64,000 nucleotides of DNA, from the IMG/VR virus record IMGVR_UViG_3300037311_000293. One strand, written 5' to 3'. The position numbers were made by a program, and so were the translations under genes. This stretch comes from a virus. A model generated the notes under the pieces. It was not told where the DNA came from. It searched no databases and saw only the letters and a list, made by a program, of their open reading frames with translations. This document shows positions 45,349 through 54,519 of this stretch, one piece after another (the stretch's first letter is position 1; every line of letters starts with the position of its first letter).

Positions 45349-45741
45349 TCAGTTGAAGGCCCCCTGGGTCGTCACGAAGTCTTCCAGCTCGTCGCTGGAC
45401 TGGCGCTCACCATGAGACGCACGCTTGGTGTTGGTGTTGTCGGCGTTGTCGAGGCTGCCGAGACGAGCACCGCCAGCAGCCATCTCGATGGCCTGGGCGA
45501 AGCTCGCGAGCTTCTCTTCGTCGAACTCACGAAGAGCAGCGACCTTCTCCTCGAAGTCCATCTCGGGCTCGAGTCCGCGCTGCTCCATGCGACGGGCGAG
45601 CTTCATCAGACGGAGCTCGTGCTCCGCCGCCGATGCGCGCTTCATCAAGCTCTGATTGCTGCTGGCGAGCTTGCGCATGTGCTGAGCCGCGGTCTGCATG
45701 ATCGCGGGAACCTCACTCGCCACCTTCTTCATGTTGGTCAT
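45349..45741 (-). CDS. scaffold-like head protein
   Basis: Helical; 7 of its 8 lysines sit in K-x-A motifs. Confidence 0.6.
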   Translation of the reverse strand: MTNMKKVASEVPAIMQTAAQHMRKLASSNQSLMKRASAAEHELRLMKLARRMEQRGLEPEMDFEEKVAALREFDEEKLASFAQAIEMAAGGARLGSLDNADNTNTKRASHGERQSSDELEDFVTTQGAFN

Positions 45742-45767
45742 GGGCTGTCTCCTCGTGAAATACCGAC

Positions 45768-46907
45768 TCAGCCGAGCAGCGTGGCGGGGTCGACCCCGAG
45801 CTTGGACTTGATCGACGTCAGAATCGACGCCGCCTTCTGGCGCTCTTCGACAGGCGCATCTTCGTCGTTGTAGACGTCGAAGGCGCGCTTGATGTAGGCG
45901 CGTGCGGCAGCGGACGTCTTCTCCTCGTCCTTGTCGTCCTTCTTGTCCTTCTTGGCCTCTGCCTTCTCGGTCTTCTCAGGCTTCGACTCCTCGTGCGAGG
46001 AAGCGCGCTTGCGAATCGCCGAGCTGAGCTTCTGGCCTTCGGTCGTGAGCGTGTGGGCGCCGACCGCCGGGTCCTTCTTCGGGGGCTCCGAGAAGTGCTT
46101 GGTGGTCTCTCGCGTCGTGGCGTCGCGGGCCTGAGAGCGCGTCATCGAGATCAGGCCGGCGTTGTCCGGGATGTGCGAGCTGGGCCCAGGCTCGGTGTCG
46201 AGCTTGAAGCTGTCGCTGTGCCCCGGCATCGAGGGCGGCGGGCTCGACGGATCCTGAGCCGCCTTGACCTGCTGCATGATGGCTTCGGCTTGATCGATCA
46301 GCCCGAGGCTCATCAGCGTCTCGGCCTGCGCCATCTTCGCCCGAAGAAGACGATTGGCCGCCGTCTTGTCCTTCGTCCAGCCCGCCGTCTTGCCGGGCTC
46401 GTTCTTCGGGGCACCGCTGTCGTCGCCGGGGGACGTGAACTCTTCCTTGTTCGTGTCCTGGCCGGCGGGATGGAGCTTGCCGCCGCTGAAGCGGTCCGTG
46501 ACCTTCGACGTCGCCTTGGGCGAGGCCGTGGCCGTGGTGATGAAGCCGGATTCCGACACCGCAGGACCCGGGGCATCGTGGACGGTGCCCTCGGCGATCT
46601 TGGTGACGATGCTGCTGCCGGCCTCGAGCGCTTCGGCGAGCTTGAAGGCGAAGTCGACGTCCGCCAGCGCGGATTCCTTCGTCTCTTCCTTCTCTTCCTT
46701 CTTCTCCTTGCGCTTCTCGCGGCTCTTCTCGTCGTCACCCTCGAACGGGGTGTCTTCGGAGGCGCGCTTGGTGATGGGCAGAAGGTCGCTGAGGAAGTCG
46801 CCGGGATCCCCGGCGGGCTCCGCGTCGCGGGCCGACGCCAACTTCAGGCCGCTCTCCGCCTTGGAGAGGGCGCTGCTGACGATATCGCTGAGGGTCAAAC
46901 CGGGCAT
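45768..46907 (-). CDS. scaffold/internal head protein
   Basis: Low-complexity charged sequence with many K-x-A/S motifs. Confidence 0.6.
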   Translation of the reverse strand: MPGLTLSDIVSSALSKAESGLKLASARDAEPAGDPGDFLSDLLPITKRASEDTPFEGDDEKSREKRKEKKEEKEETKESALADVDFAFKLAEALEAGSSIVTKIAEGTVHDAPGPAVSESGFITTATASPKATSKVTDRFSGGKLHPAGQDTNKEEFTSPGDDSGAPKNEPGKTAGWTKDKTAANRLLRAKMAQAETLMSLGLIDQAEAIMQQVKAAQDPSSPPPSMPGHSDSFKLDTEPGPSSHIPDNAGLISMTRSQARDATTRETTKHFSEPPKKDPAVGAHTLTTEGQKLSSAIRKRASSHEESKPEKTEKAEAKKDKKDDKDEEKTSAAARAYIKRAFDVYNDEDAPVEERQKAASILTSIKSKLGVDPATLLG

Positions 46908-46914
46908 GGGTTCC

Positions 46915-47133
46915 TCACGTAACTGGGGGTGGGGGAAGTGCTTTCTGGGAGGAGATCAGGTCGGGCCGGGTCTCAGCGGTCGGCGCAGCGGGCTGCGCGT
47001 ACTCCTGGCGGTCCTTGCCGACGTCACGCTGCTTCATCCGGCGACGTGCGTCGCCCATCCCAGCGGGACCCATGACCGTTTGGGCTTCCTTGAGGAAGCG
47101 CTCGATCAGGAGACTGGGATGGGCAGCACGCAT
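46915..47133 (-). CDS. small head-module protein
   Basis: Fills the gap exactly; KEA motif. Confidence 0.55.
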   Translation of the reverse strand: MRAAHPSLLIERFLKEAQTVMGPAGMGDARRRMKQRDVGKDRQEYAQPAAPTAETRPDLISSQKALPPPPVT

Positions 47134-47136
47134 CGA

Positions 47137-48204
47137 TCAACCCTCCAGGTAGCCGTTCTCCTGAAGGAGCTCCTCGGCGCGGGCGTACACCGCGGCGTAG
47201 TAGTCGTCGCCCGCGAACTCAGAGAACTCCGAGAACTCGGTCTGTTCGGCTGCGAGCTTGGTGGGCTCGACGATCCCGTTCTCGACGAGGATGTGGTTCG
47301 CGAACGCGACGGCATCTTGCTCGAAGGCCTCGTCGAACGACTGCTTCTTCCGCATCGCTGCCGCTCCGGCGCCCGCACCAGCGGTGGCCAGGGCCGCGCC
47401 ACCCAGCGCCGCGCGCCCCGTGCGCCGCGACTTCGCCGCATCCTCGAGGGCGTTACCCCCAGCAGCCATGCGCTTCTTGGCGCCTTCGGCTCCCCCACGC
47501 AGCTTGTAGCCGACGCGGGTGCTCACGGCGTGCTCCTTCTCCCGCACGGCACCCGCTGCGCCGCTTGCCGCGCTGCGTGCCTTGCTGGCGGCACCGCGGA
47601 CCTTGTCGGCCGCGCCGCTTGCCGCCCCACGGACCTTGCCGATCGCGCCACGAACGGCGTCCGTGGCGGCCGCCATGCGGGACGCTTCCTTCGTCGCTTC
47701 GTCCTCGCCGTCGCCGCCCTCGAGCTCGGCGAGCTTCTCGACGAAGCCCTCCGCCATCGCGCGACCGATCTCTCGGGCATCCGCGATCTTCTCCTCGGCG
47801 GCGATCTTCTGCTCGAAGTACGAGGGGTCGCTCATGTTCTGGGCGAGCTCCGCGAAGAGCTGGTGGTAGTCCTCACGGCTGAGCTCGTTGAGGTCGATGC
47901 CCTCGGCCTGGGCGATCTTGCCCAGCTCGACGGCCACATCGGCGTTGGTGATCTCGTTCGGGATCTGCGTCTCGTCGCTCATGGTCTGTTCCTTCTGGGG
48001 CTCCTGATGGGCGCTTGCGGTCTTCTCCGGAGGGAGCAACTCCGAAAGTAGACTCGCCACGTCTTCGTCGCTGAGGTCGTCGAGCTCGATGCCCTCTTGT
48101 TCAGCGATCTTCTGAAGGACGTGGCTCGCGTTCGCAAGATCGATGTCCAGGTCCTCGGAAGAGTCTTCCGTGTCCTGCTCGAAGATGTCGGTGACGCGTT
48201 CCAT
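47137..48204 (-). CDS. scaffold/internal head protein
   Basis: Two repeated acidic KIA..EGI.L..LS.ED units, 8 K-x-A motifs, Gly/Ala helix. Confidence 0.65.
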   Translation of the reverse strand: MERVTDIFEQDTEDSSEDLDIDLANASHVLQKIAEQEGIELDDLSDEDVASLLSELLPPEKTASAHQEPQKEQTMSDETQIPNEITNADVAVELGKIAQAEGIDLNELSREDYHQLFAELAQNMSDPSYFEQKIAAEEKIADAREIGRAMAEGFVEKLAELEGGDGEDEATKEASRMAAATDAVRGAIGKVRGAASGAADKVRGAASKARSAASGAAGAVREKEHAVSTRVGYKLRGGAEGAKKRMAAGGNALEDAAKSRRTGRAALGGAALATAGAGAGAAAMRKKQSFDEAFEQDAVAFANHILVENGIVEPTKLAAEQTEFSEFSEFAGDDYYAAVYARAEELLQENGYLEG

Positions 48205-48252
48205 GTTCTGTCCTTTGTGGGCGAACCTTCGTCGTTGGCTGCTCGGAGCTGC

Positions 48253-49965
48253 CTAGAAGGACTTCAGTGCACCCCGCGCCGCCGAAACGAGAGAGGTCGC
48301 AGCCTGACGAAGACCGCCGGCATTGTCCACAGCCATCGCTGCACGAAGAACCGCTCCGATCGTTGCCATCGAAGTGAAAGTCGGATTCTCGGCGACGAAC
48401 TGTGCCATGGCCCCTAGCTGCTCACCCTCTTCGTTCCTTCGACGAAGGTGCGATGAAACCAAATGTATCACGGGCGCTAGACCGAGGAGAAGCGCACTCA
48501 GGCCGATCCCTTTCAGGTCACGCGGAACCGAGAGCAGCGAAGCCGCCTTGGGCATCAGATTTTCAGCGTTCTCGAGTACGCTGATCCTATAGCCATTGTA
48601 CGCCGCCGCGATCTTCTCCAAACGGATGTAGTTGGGTTCCGAAGATCCGAGTTTGGGCTCGTCGGACGACAGCCGGGCATTCAGATACGGCGCATACGCC
48701 GAACGCTCCGGCACCAGCGGTACAAGGGCGCTTGCCAACTTGGCGTCGAACAACACGGGGTCGACGGCATAGCTGTCGTCGATGCCGCCTGTGGTATCGA
48801 ACACCGCATTCATCGAAGCCAGTGCTTGCTTCTCGGCAGCAGGAAGAACGATGGCCTGGAACTCCCGTGGAGTCGGGATGATGCCCAGCCCAGCAAGTAC
48901 GGTCAGCAGCGTGCGGGGCTCGGTACCTGCATCGACGATCGCGGACAGCGTCTCAGAAGCATCCGGAGCTGACTTCGCGTCGACCTCAACGGCCTGCGCG
49001 ATGCCATCTGGGATCTCCTTTTCCATCGACGACAGCTTCATCGACGACATCAAGGTATCGAGGATCTTGTCGATTCGACGTGTACCAGGAGCCGGTGCGG
49101 GGAGCTCGCTACCCGCCATGAACCACATGACGCGGGCGGTACGGTCGGCGCCGACCCAGACGAAGCTGATGTCAAAGAACCGCGGGAAGTCGTTGTAGAC
49201 GAACACCTTGCGGCCGTCGGGATAGATCTTCCCCGGCTCATTCCTCATGTGCTCGCAGTAGTCGACGCGCGTTACTGCGAGACCGCGGATCTTGGTGTGA
49301 AACCGATGGTAGGCCAGGATGGCAACACCGGGAGTGCGGTGTTTCTTGAGGTCGAAGAGCTTCCAAGCCTTCCGAATCGCATCCCAATCGGTGCAGATCG
49401 AGCACAAGTCGAAGGGCACTCGGCAACCCATCGAGACGTCGACGCGTTCACCCGCGGCGATTCGACTCAGGATGGATGTGTGGCCCTTCTTGGCGGCCTC
49501 TTCGTTGAACACGCGCTCGACGAGCTCGATGCGCTTCATCGTGGGGTTCAGCGCGACGTAGATGACGTCGCCGAAGCCGAGCTGCTGAGGATCAGTGTTC
49601 TTGTGATGGGCGTAGACCGTCGCGCCGTAGTACGTAGGGTAGCCGTAAGGCCAGTCCTTCCCCTGCATTTTGTCGGTCTCGTAATCCTGCCCAAAGGATT
49701 CTGGGGCGTTGAGGAGACCGTTGAAGTCGAGCGGCGCGTTGTACCCGTACCAGTCTCGGTTCGAGTTCGATCCGTAGAACTCGGAGTACCCCATCGCGTT
49801 TACGAGGGTGTAGGTGTACCGGGGATCAGGTTTCAACGAGTCGATGAAGCGCTGGACGGAGGGCACCAGGGGACTCGCCGTCTTCACCTGTTCACCAGGC
49901 GTGATGACGCGTACCAGGGGCTCTCCGTCAGGCTCACCTTGGAGATATGCGCGCTTGATCAGCAT
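48253..49965 (-). CDS. prohead (capsid maturation) protease
   Basis: VYAHH, DVSMGCRVPFDLCSIC, YCEHM, FFDISFV..ADRTA; start MLIKRAY. Confidence 0.75.
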   Translation of the reverse strand: MLIKRAYLQGEPDGEPLVRVITPGEQVKTASPLVPSVQRFIDSLKPDPRYTYTLVNAMGYSEFYGSNSNRDWYGYNAPLDFNGLLNAPESFGQDYETDKMQGKDWPYGYPTYYGATVYAHHKNTDPQQLGFGDVIYVALNPTMKRIELVERVFNEEAAKKGHTSILSRIAAGERVDVSMGCRVPFDLCSICTDWDAIRKAWKLFDLKKHRTPGVAILAYHRFHTKIRGLAVTRVDYCEHMRNEPGKIYPDGRKVFVYNDFPRFFDISFVWVGADRTARVMWFMAGSELPAPAPGTRRIDKILDTLMSSMKLSSMEKEIPDGIAQAVEVDAKSAPDASETLSAIVDAGTEPRTLLTVLAGLGIIPTPREFQAIVLPAAEKQALASMNAVFDTTGGIDDSYAVDPVLFDAKLASALVPLVPERSAYAPYLNARLSSDEPKLGSSEPNYIRLEKIAAAYNGYRISVLENAENLMPKAASLLSVPRDLKGIGLSALLLGLAPVIHLVSSHLRRRNEEGEQLGAMAQFVAENPTFTSMATIGAVLRAAMAVDNAGGLRQAATSLVSAARGALKSF

Positions 49966-50660
49966 CGCTTCCGGATCGCGGAGGACAGGCGCCGCGCCGC
50001 CGAGGTCTTGAAAGCACCCTGAGCCACGGCCTCGAGAAGTTGCTTCTGGTCCATCCCATACTGCTGGGCGGCGTGGCCGAGGTTCCGGGCCACCCGATCG
50101 GCGTACGCCGTGACCTTCTCCTGCGCCTGTCGCTCTTGTACGCCCTTGAGCTGGCCCTTCAGCGAGGCGATCTCGCCGTGCTCCTTGTCGACTTCGCGGT
50201 ACCGCGTGATGCCGCGGTCGACAAGACGCTCCACCGCGGCCCCAGGGCCGGGCCCGGCTTCGGAACGCGCGGCCGAGGCCATCTGGGAACGAATGCCGCT
50301 GAGATCCTTCACGGCGTCGAGGAGTGCGCGGCTCGATTGAACGGCGTCGAGCCCGCCGGACTCCACGATGGTGTCGACCCAAGCCCCAGCCACCATGGGG
50401 TCTTTCGCCATGGTGGGGTTGACGTTGTGGAGGCTGTTGTAGATCCGTCCCACCAGCACGGGATCACGGCCCTTGAGCTGTGGGTGGATGTTCAGCATCT
50501 CCTTGTACGCCACGGCCTTCCGCTTGGCTTCGCGCATGCGGCCGATCGCGCCGGCCGCAGCCGTCACACCGAGACCAGCACCCGCAGCGGCCATGGGGCC
50601 CCAGAATCCAGGATCTTTGATGAGGCTCTTGAAAACCCCGTGCTGAGAGTACTTCGGCAT
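49959..50660 (-). CDS. putative internal head protein
   Basis: N-terminal Gly/Ala hydrophobic helix; KTSA; start MPKYSQ. Confidence 0.6.
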   Translation of the reverse strand: MPKYSQHGVFKSLIKDPGFWGPMAAAGAGLGVTAAAGAIGRMREAKRKAVAYKEMLNIHPQLKGRDPVLVGRIYNSLHNVNPTMAKDPMVAGAWVDTIVESGGLDAVQSSRALLDAVKDLSGIRSQMASAARSEAGPGPGAAVERLVDRGITRYREVDKEHGEIASLKGQLKGVQERQAQEKVTAYADRVARNLGHAAQQYGMDQKQLLEAVAQGAFKTSAARRLSSAIRKRC

Positions 50661-50667
50661 GAACTCC

Positions 50668-50949
50668 TCACGTGTAGAGAAGGCGGTACTTCGCCTCGTC
50701 GTACTTCTGCTTGGCCTTCCGGCCGCCCAAGTAGGTACCACCAGCCAGCGCGGCGTACCCCGCCACACGACCGGCCTTCTCGTTGGTCCCGAGGCCGCGG
50801 GCCAGCCCGGCACCGGCCTCGCCGCTGCCCTTGGCCACCCGACGAAGGAAGGCGCCCGCGGCTTCTGCCTTTTCGGCCGCGGACGCCGTCTTCAAGAGAC
50901 CGATCGAAAGCGCGAGGGTCTTCGTCTTCATCGCTCTTCCTCCAGCCAC
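50668..50949 (-). CDS. small putative internal head protein
   Basis: KTAS; VAGYAALAGGTYLGG followed by a basic tail. Confidence 0.6.
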   Translation of the reverse strand: MAGGRAMKTKTLALSIGLLKTASAAEKAEAAGAFLRRVAKGSGEAGAGLARGLGTNEKAGRVAGYAALAGGTYLGGRKAKQKYDEAKYRLLYT

Positions 50950-51740
50950 GCCGTGACATCGGCGAGGTTCTTCTCCAGATCGCGGAGCGCGAGCTGGTGG
51001 GCCTGGTAGGTCTTGGCCTCCTTCACGAGTTCCGCGAAAGCAGACACGACCGGGGCGGCAGGATTGATGATCCGAGACGCCACCTTCTGATTGCTGGCCT
51101 TCATGAAAGGCGAGAACCGACGAAACGCGACCTTCGCGGATTCGGCGTCGACGAGACTCCAGGCCTCAAGAAGCTCGGAGGGCGAAGTACCCTGTGAAGT
51201 CGCAGAGACCACGGCCTCCGCCAGCTTCTCCACGGCCATCGACATCCGCTCCTTGGCAGCCTCAGAGCTCTGTACGAGCTCGTCGTGTCCCGCAGCCAGC
51301 TTGCTGCGGAGCGACATGACGTCGCCCAACACCCCGGCACGGGTACGCTCGGATTCAGTGAAGGACGCCGCAGAAGACTTCGAGAAGTCCGGCGGCATGG
51401 AGTATTCGAGGGCGTCGATGGTGACCTCCCGAGGCCGTGCCTCTTTGTGCAGAGCCTGTAGCACTTCCACGGGGTCTGCGGGTCCGCCGTCGATGTGGAC
51501 GTGGCGAAGATGCCCCGAGGTCGAGGCGTACTTGCGCTGGAACGCTTCGATGTTGGCGAACTCCACGACGCGACGAACCTGCTCGGAGTTCAGTTTCTCG
51601 TGACCCACCGTTTGGACGACGGCGTCGGTGAGGCTGATTCCTGCGGTGTCTGCGAGGTGCGCGGCCTGCTTTCCCAGGTGCTCGAAGAGCCCGGGGTCGA
51701 CTGACCGCCCGCGTACGTGGAGCGTGTCGTGGCGCGTCAT
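50928..51740 (-). CDS. head-module protein
   Basis: LNSEQVRRVVEFAN; KQAA, KLAA, KVAS motifs. Confidence 0.65.
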   Translation of the reverse strand: MTRHDTLHVRGRSVDPGLFEHLGKQAAHLADTAGISLTDAVVQTVGHEKLNSEQVRRVVEFANIEAFQRKYASTSGHLRHVHIDGGPADPVEVLQALHKEARPREVTIDALEYSMPPDFSKSSAASFTESERTRAGVLGDVMSLRSKLAAGHDELVQSSEAAKERMSMAVEKLAEAVVSATSQGTSPSELLEAWSLVDAESAKVAFRRFSPFMKASNQKVASRIINPAAPVVSAFAELVKEAKTYQAHQLALRDLEKNLADVTAWLEEER

Positions 51741-51811
51741 GGTATGGATCTCCAGCCGATCTGCCTGTGAGTAGGGTACCTTACGTGGCACCAGTAGGGG
51801 AATACATCGCA

Positions 51812-52324
51812 ATGATTCGTACACTGGATCGCGCGTTGCTACAAGCAAGAGTCGAAGACCTCGAGCGCCAGGTCGACGCCCTGAATGCTCAGATCGTCGG
51901 GCGAACCTCCGGGCTTTTCCGGCCTGAACAGCTTGTCACGCTCTACATGGACGCGGCGAAGACCCCGGCTTACGACGAGATGTCGGCGCGTCATTGGGCC
52001 CGGCAAATCTTCTGCCTCGATGTCCGCCAGTTCCTGTTCATGGCCCGGCTGTGCCGTGACCCCTTCCCCTGGCAGCCCTTTCTCCGCCTACTCGACCTCT
52101 ACGTAGTCGAGGGCTTCGACTACCTCGTCGACGACGCCCACAGCCATGTGTTGTCCGTGGCTCAGGGCCTGTTGAACATCCAGGGTCTCCGTAAGATCGG
52201 CCCACGAGATGTCATGGGCAACCCGCTGCGCATAAAAGCTGCGATCTCTACTATCAGAGATCGAGGAGGCTCTAGTGCAGCTAACCGTAAAGATCTCGGA
52301 TCTGTGGACGGCAACCGTCGATAA
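51812..52324 (+). CDS. hypothetical protein
   Basis: First gene of the plus-strand island. Confidence 0.6.
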   Translation: MIRTLDRALLQARVEDLERQVDALNAQIVGRTSGLFRPEQLVTLYMDAAKTPAYDEMSARHWARQIFCLDVRQFLFMARLCRDPFPWQPFLRLLDLYVVEGFDYLVDDAHSHVLSVAQGLLNIQGLRKIGPRDVMGNPLRIKAAISTIRDRGGSSAANRKDLGSVDGNRR

Positions 52325-52490
52325 CGTCAGCGTCATTCTGACGGCCGGAAAATCCGGACTACGGATCAAGATCACACCACAGGCCGTGACGCTGACCGCG
52401 ACGGGTGCGGACGACAGCGTCTTGGGCGAGCGTGTCTTCTCGATGGAAGAGGTTCTCAAGGCCGTCCCGGCCATCTTGGGGGTTCAATGA
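52275..52490 (+). CDS. small hypothetical protein
   Basis: GAGGAGG RBS, probable GTG start; ATGA overlap with gyrB. Confidence 0.6.
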   Translation: MQLTVKISDLWTATVDNVSVILTAGKSGLRIKITPQAVTLTATGADDSVLGERVFSMEEVLKAVPAILGVQ

Positions 52491-54409
52491 GTAAGGGCAA
52501 GGCATACAACGCCAGTGCGATTCGTCAGCTCAAGGGTCTCGAGGCCGTCCGAGAACGACCCGGCATGTATCTCGGCGACCCCACCAGCGGCGACGCCCTC
52601 CACCACCTCATCAAGGAGGTCGTCGACAACAGCGTCGACGAACATCTCGCCGGGTACTGCAATGAGATCGAGGTCGAGCTCTTCACCAACGGGTTGTGTT
52701 CCGTTCGAGACAATGGCCGTGGCATCCCCGTCGACATCCACCCCGAAGAAGGGGTCAGCGCCCTCCAGATGGTGATGTGCTCGTTGCACGCCGGAGGGAA
52801 GTTCGACCACGACAGCTACGAGAAGTCGGCCGGTCTTCACGGTGTCGGCGTCTCCGCCGTCAACGCCGTTAGCGAGGAATGCGCCGCCCACATCTGGCGC
52901 GACGGTACCTACTGGACGCAGACCTACACCCGCGGTGTACCTGACGGTCCGGTACAGAAGATGGGCCCGTGGCCCGGTCCCACCGGCACGATGATCGTAT
53001 GGAAGCGCGACCTCGAGATCTTCCGTGACGTCATCGAGTACGACAGGAAGATCGTCGCAGACCGCCTTCGTGAGCTCGCCTTCCTGAACCCCGGGCTCAA
53101 GATCACGCTCAAGGACCATCGGGAGAAGAAGCCGGTGGTGGAGGTCTACGACTATCGAAACGGGATCGTCGACTACCTCAAGGAGGTCGTGGGCAACAAA
53201 GGCGCGCTGTTCCCCGTTCTGTACTTCACGGACTCCGCAGCAGTCGAGATGGCGTTCACCTGGACCGGAAAGCACGACGAAGACATCCGCTGCTACGCCA
53301 ACAACACGCACAACAGAGACGGCGGAACCCACCTCACTGGGTTCAAGAACGGGCTCACACGCCTGATCACAAACTACGCCAAGGAGCACAACATGCTCCG
53401 AGATCTTCCCGGCGACGGCCTGACTGGTGGCGACATCCGAGAGGGCATCGTGGCCATCGTGAACACCCGGTTGAAGGAAGTGGCCTTCAGCTCGCAGACC
53501 AAAGACAAGTTGGTCACGCCCAGAGCAAAGACGGTGGTCGAGGAGCTCTTCGTCGACCAAGTCGCCCACTACTTCGAGAAGGAGCCTGGTCTGGCCAAGA
53601 AGATCGCCGAGAAAGCGATCATCAATGCGAAGGCCAGAGAGGCGGCGCGGAAGGCCCGAGATCAGGTCCAGCGCAAGGAATGGATGGACCCGTTGAGCCT
53701 TCCGGGCAAGCTGGCCGACTGCCAGAGCAAGCGCCCGGACGAATGTGAGCTCTTCATCGTCGAAGGCGATTCTGCCGGTGGCTCAGCCAAGGGCGGACGC
53801 GATCGCCGATTCCAAGCCATTCTCCCGCTGCGTGGCAAGGTGCTGAACGTCGAGCGCGCCGATGCCGAAAGCATCCTCGAGAACAAGGAGATCGGAACGC
53901 TCATCACCGCCATGGGTTGCGGTATCGAGCAGTCCAACACCTTCAACTCGAAGAAGCTGAGGTACGGCAAGATCATCATCATGACCGATGCAGATGTTGA
54001 TGGCGCCCACATCCGCACGCTGCTGCTGACCTTCTTCTACCGCTGCATGCCGCGGCTGCTCCACGACGGCCACATCTACATCGCGCAGCCCCCGCTTTAC
54101 GGGGTTCACATGGGGAAGACCACGAAGTACTTCACAGATCCCGAAAGTCTCGAGGCCTTCCGGGCCACCTTGGACGTAGGCTCGCGGAAGTCGTACCGCA
54201 TCACACGGTACAAGGGTCTAGGTGAGATGAACGCCGAGGATCTGTGGCACACCACACTGAACCCGGATAACCGCGTGCTGCGTCAGGTGACGGTTGCAGA
54301 TGCCGTCGAGGCCGAAGACTACTTCACGTTGCTCATGGGAGACGACGTCGACGATCGCAGGCGTTGGATCGACAACAACGCACAGTACGCCGGTGATCTG
54401 GATATCTGA
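52487..54409 (+). CDS. gyrB: DNA gyrase subunit B
   Basis: LKGLEAVRERPGMY, EVVDNS, GLHGVG, VEGDSAGG, PLRGK, MTDADVDGAHI, YKGLGEM, LMGDDV..RR. Confidence 0.95.
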   Translation: MSKGKAYNASAIRQLKGLEAVRERPGMYLGDPTSGDALHHLIKEVVDNSVDEHLAGYCNEIEVELFTNGLCSVRDNGRGIPVDIHPEEGVSALQMVMCSLHAGGKFDHDSYEKSAGLHGVGVSAVNAVSEECAAHIWRDGTYWTQTYTRGVPDGPVQKMGPWPGPTGTMIVWKRDLEIFRDVIEYDRKIVADRLRELAFLNPGLKITLKDHREKKPVVEVYDYRNGIVDYLKEVVGNKGALFPVLYFTDSAAVEMAFTWTGKHDEDIRCYANNTHNRDGGTHLTGFKNGLTRLITNYAKEHNMLRDLPGDGLTGGDIREGIVAIVNTRLKEVAFSSQTKDKLVTPRAKTVVEELFVDQVAHYFEKEPGLAKKIAEKAIINAKAREAARKARDQVQRKEWMDPLSLPGKLADCQSKRPDECELFIVEGDSAGGSAKGGRDRRFQAILPLRGKVLNVERADAESILENKEIGTLITAMGCGIEQSNTFNSKKLRYGKIIIMTDADVDGAHIRTLLLTFFYRCMPRLLHDGHIYIAQPPLYGVHMGKTTKYFTDPESLEAFRATLDVGSRKSYRITRYKGLGEMNAEDLWHTTLNPDNRVLRQVTVADAVEAEDYFTLLMGDDVDDRRRWIDNNAQYAGDLDI

Positions 54410-54433
54410 GTGCAAAAACCAGTCCGAAATCAC

Positions 54434-54440
54434 CTATTAG
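54434..54440 (+). promoter_or_regulatory. CTATNAG motif (CTATTAG)
   Basis: Intergenic after gyrB. Confidence 0.5.
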
Positions 54441-54476
54441 TAGATGAAGAGGAACTATCCCTTCACAACACAAACA

Positions 54477-54504
54477 CCCTGCATCAGTGATGCGGGTTTT
54501 TTTT
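54477..54504 (+). terminator. intrinsic terminator (possible attenuator)
   Basis: CCCTGCATCA/TGATGCGGG stem plus T8, located between the promoter motif and the next RBS. Confidence 0.7.
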
Positions 54505-54519
54505 CTGGAGGAGAGAACC

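Noticed and set aside
54444-54504. Resemblance of the leader (MKR..., GCGGG-T8) to the thr attenuator
   Set aside because: There is no run of regulatory codons and no stop before the hairpin; it is kept only as a generic attenuator/sRNA candidate.
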